A stretch of DNA of 64,000 nt from Sphaerodactylus townsendi (taxonomy: Eukaryota): assembly GCF_021028975.2 (NCBI RefSeq), contig NC_059425.1, positions 171,554,001-171,618,000 of the forward strand, given 5' to 3'. The notes under the pieces were generated by a model, which saw nothing but the letters and a program-made list of their open reading frames with translations, was not told the DNA's origin and ran no database searches. The stretch's first letter is position 1; every line of letters begins with the position of its first letter. A program made the translations under genes and the position numbers. Positions 62,946 through 64,000 of the stretch are shown here, in pieces.

Positions 62946-64000
62946 TTTTATTGTGAGTATCCAAGATTCCAGTCCCAGAACTGGCATGATGGTGACTTCA
63001 TTAAAGCATCTGTGCTGGTCATAGTTAAGTTTCGTATTAGATCTGAAAAATAAACGTTGTTAAATATTTTGCCAAATAATGTACCACAAATGTATAATGA
63101 ACTGTTTAAATATATGGTGACAGCGACCTGGGTTGTTTTTGCAGCAAGATGGAATCAGCAAATTAATGGAATATTCAACAATGGCAAAGCTGATTTATTT
63201 GGTACTTAACAGACCATGCACAGAGTACAGAAGAAAATGGAAATTTTTTGAACTACGTAAACCAAAGGCTCAATCATAATCAGGCACAATGAGGGTCCCA
63301 TATGCAAGAATAGAGTTGTATTTATATCTTAATTGTTTAAATTTAAGCATTTCATTTTGCAGCTTAAGATTTTCCTATACAAGCCGACATGTTAGACTGA
63401 GGGGGGGGAATGTTGGGCAACTGTGAAATTGTTGGATTTCTGTTTTGCACTTCTGTAGACTTGAAAGAAAGCCTATTTCTGGCACAGATGTAATTCTCTT
63501 AATTGTAAATAGAATACGGGGAATAAAGTGATGTTCCTTTTTCTTCTTCCCTCTTGGGCATGGATTCTCCTCACTGCTTGTTTAATATATAGAGTAGGAG
63601 CCCTAATGAACTAAAATATTTACAGTCAGGTAAAAGAGTGGTGTAATTGGAATAAGAAACAGCTGAATCAGGATTCCTGAGGCATCTCCTTTTGTGGGGA
63701 AGACGGAAGGACTTAGTTCCTGCATCAGTACACATTCTGGTAGTTTGGTAGGTGTCTTTAGAAACCCTTTTCTCTCAAAAGCATAATGGTACCGAGCAAA
63801 TATGACAAAGCTAGACCAGTTATACAGGTAAAGATATTTGAGAAAGTGATCAAAAACACACACACTTGGCTTAGGCTTCAGTGGCAATGTGGAATGTGAC
63901 AATGTGACACTATTGACAAGGTTGCCCCCCTGACTACTCCTGCCCCTGAGGCATAAACTGGCCCCCTGGTTTACTAAGGAACTGACCTGAGGAGTGTTGG

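Overview
Vertebrate genomic DNA, almost certainly a squamate reptile and probably a gecko, judging by the SINE, hAT-MITE, Penelope and DIRS content. It holds four spliced protein-coding genes that the ORF track largely misses. On the minus strand are a PROB1/DUF4585-family gene (one large coding exon from ATG 3127 running off the left edge, >1040 aa), SPATA24 (6 coding exons, 180 aa, complete) and DNAJC18 (8 coding exons, 357 aa, complete). On the plus strand, head-to-head with DNAJC18, is the 5' part of ZC3H13 (CpG-island non-coding exon 1 plus two coding exons). I checked all exon phases by hand and they join in frame with GT-AG ends. The PROB1-SPATA24-DNAJC18 order matches human 5q31, but ZC3H13 (human 13q14) occupies the place of ECSCR/STING1, which suggests a synteny break near 43.1-45.5 kb. 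Introns and intergenic DNA are dense in transposons: several hAT MITE families with 8-bp TSDs, Harbinger-like MITEs, tRNA-, 5S- and Sauria-type SINEs, CR1/L2/L1 remnants and R4/Dong-type LINE tails at (TAA)n. There are also Penelope-like termini carrying minimal hammerhead-ribozyme motifs, including a palindrome with one motif on each strand, and a decayed full-architecture DIRS1-type retrotransposon (ITRs plus ICR) in a ZC3H13 intron. I found no wholly new system. The best leads are the ribozyme palindrome, the synteny break, the DIRS element and an unassigned ~330-bp TIR element.
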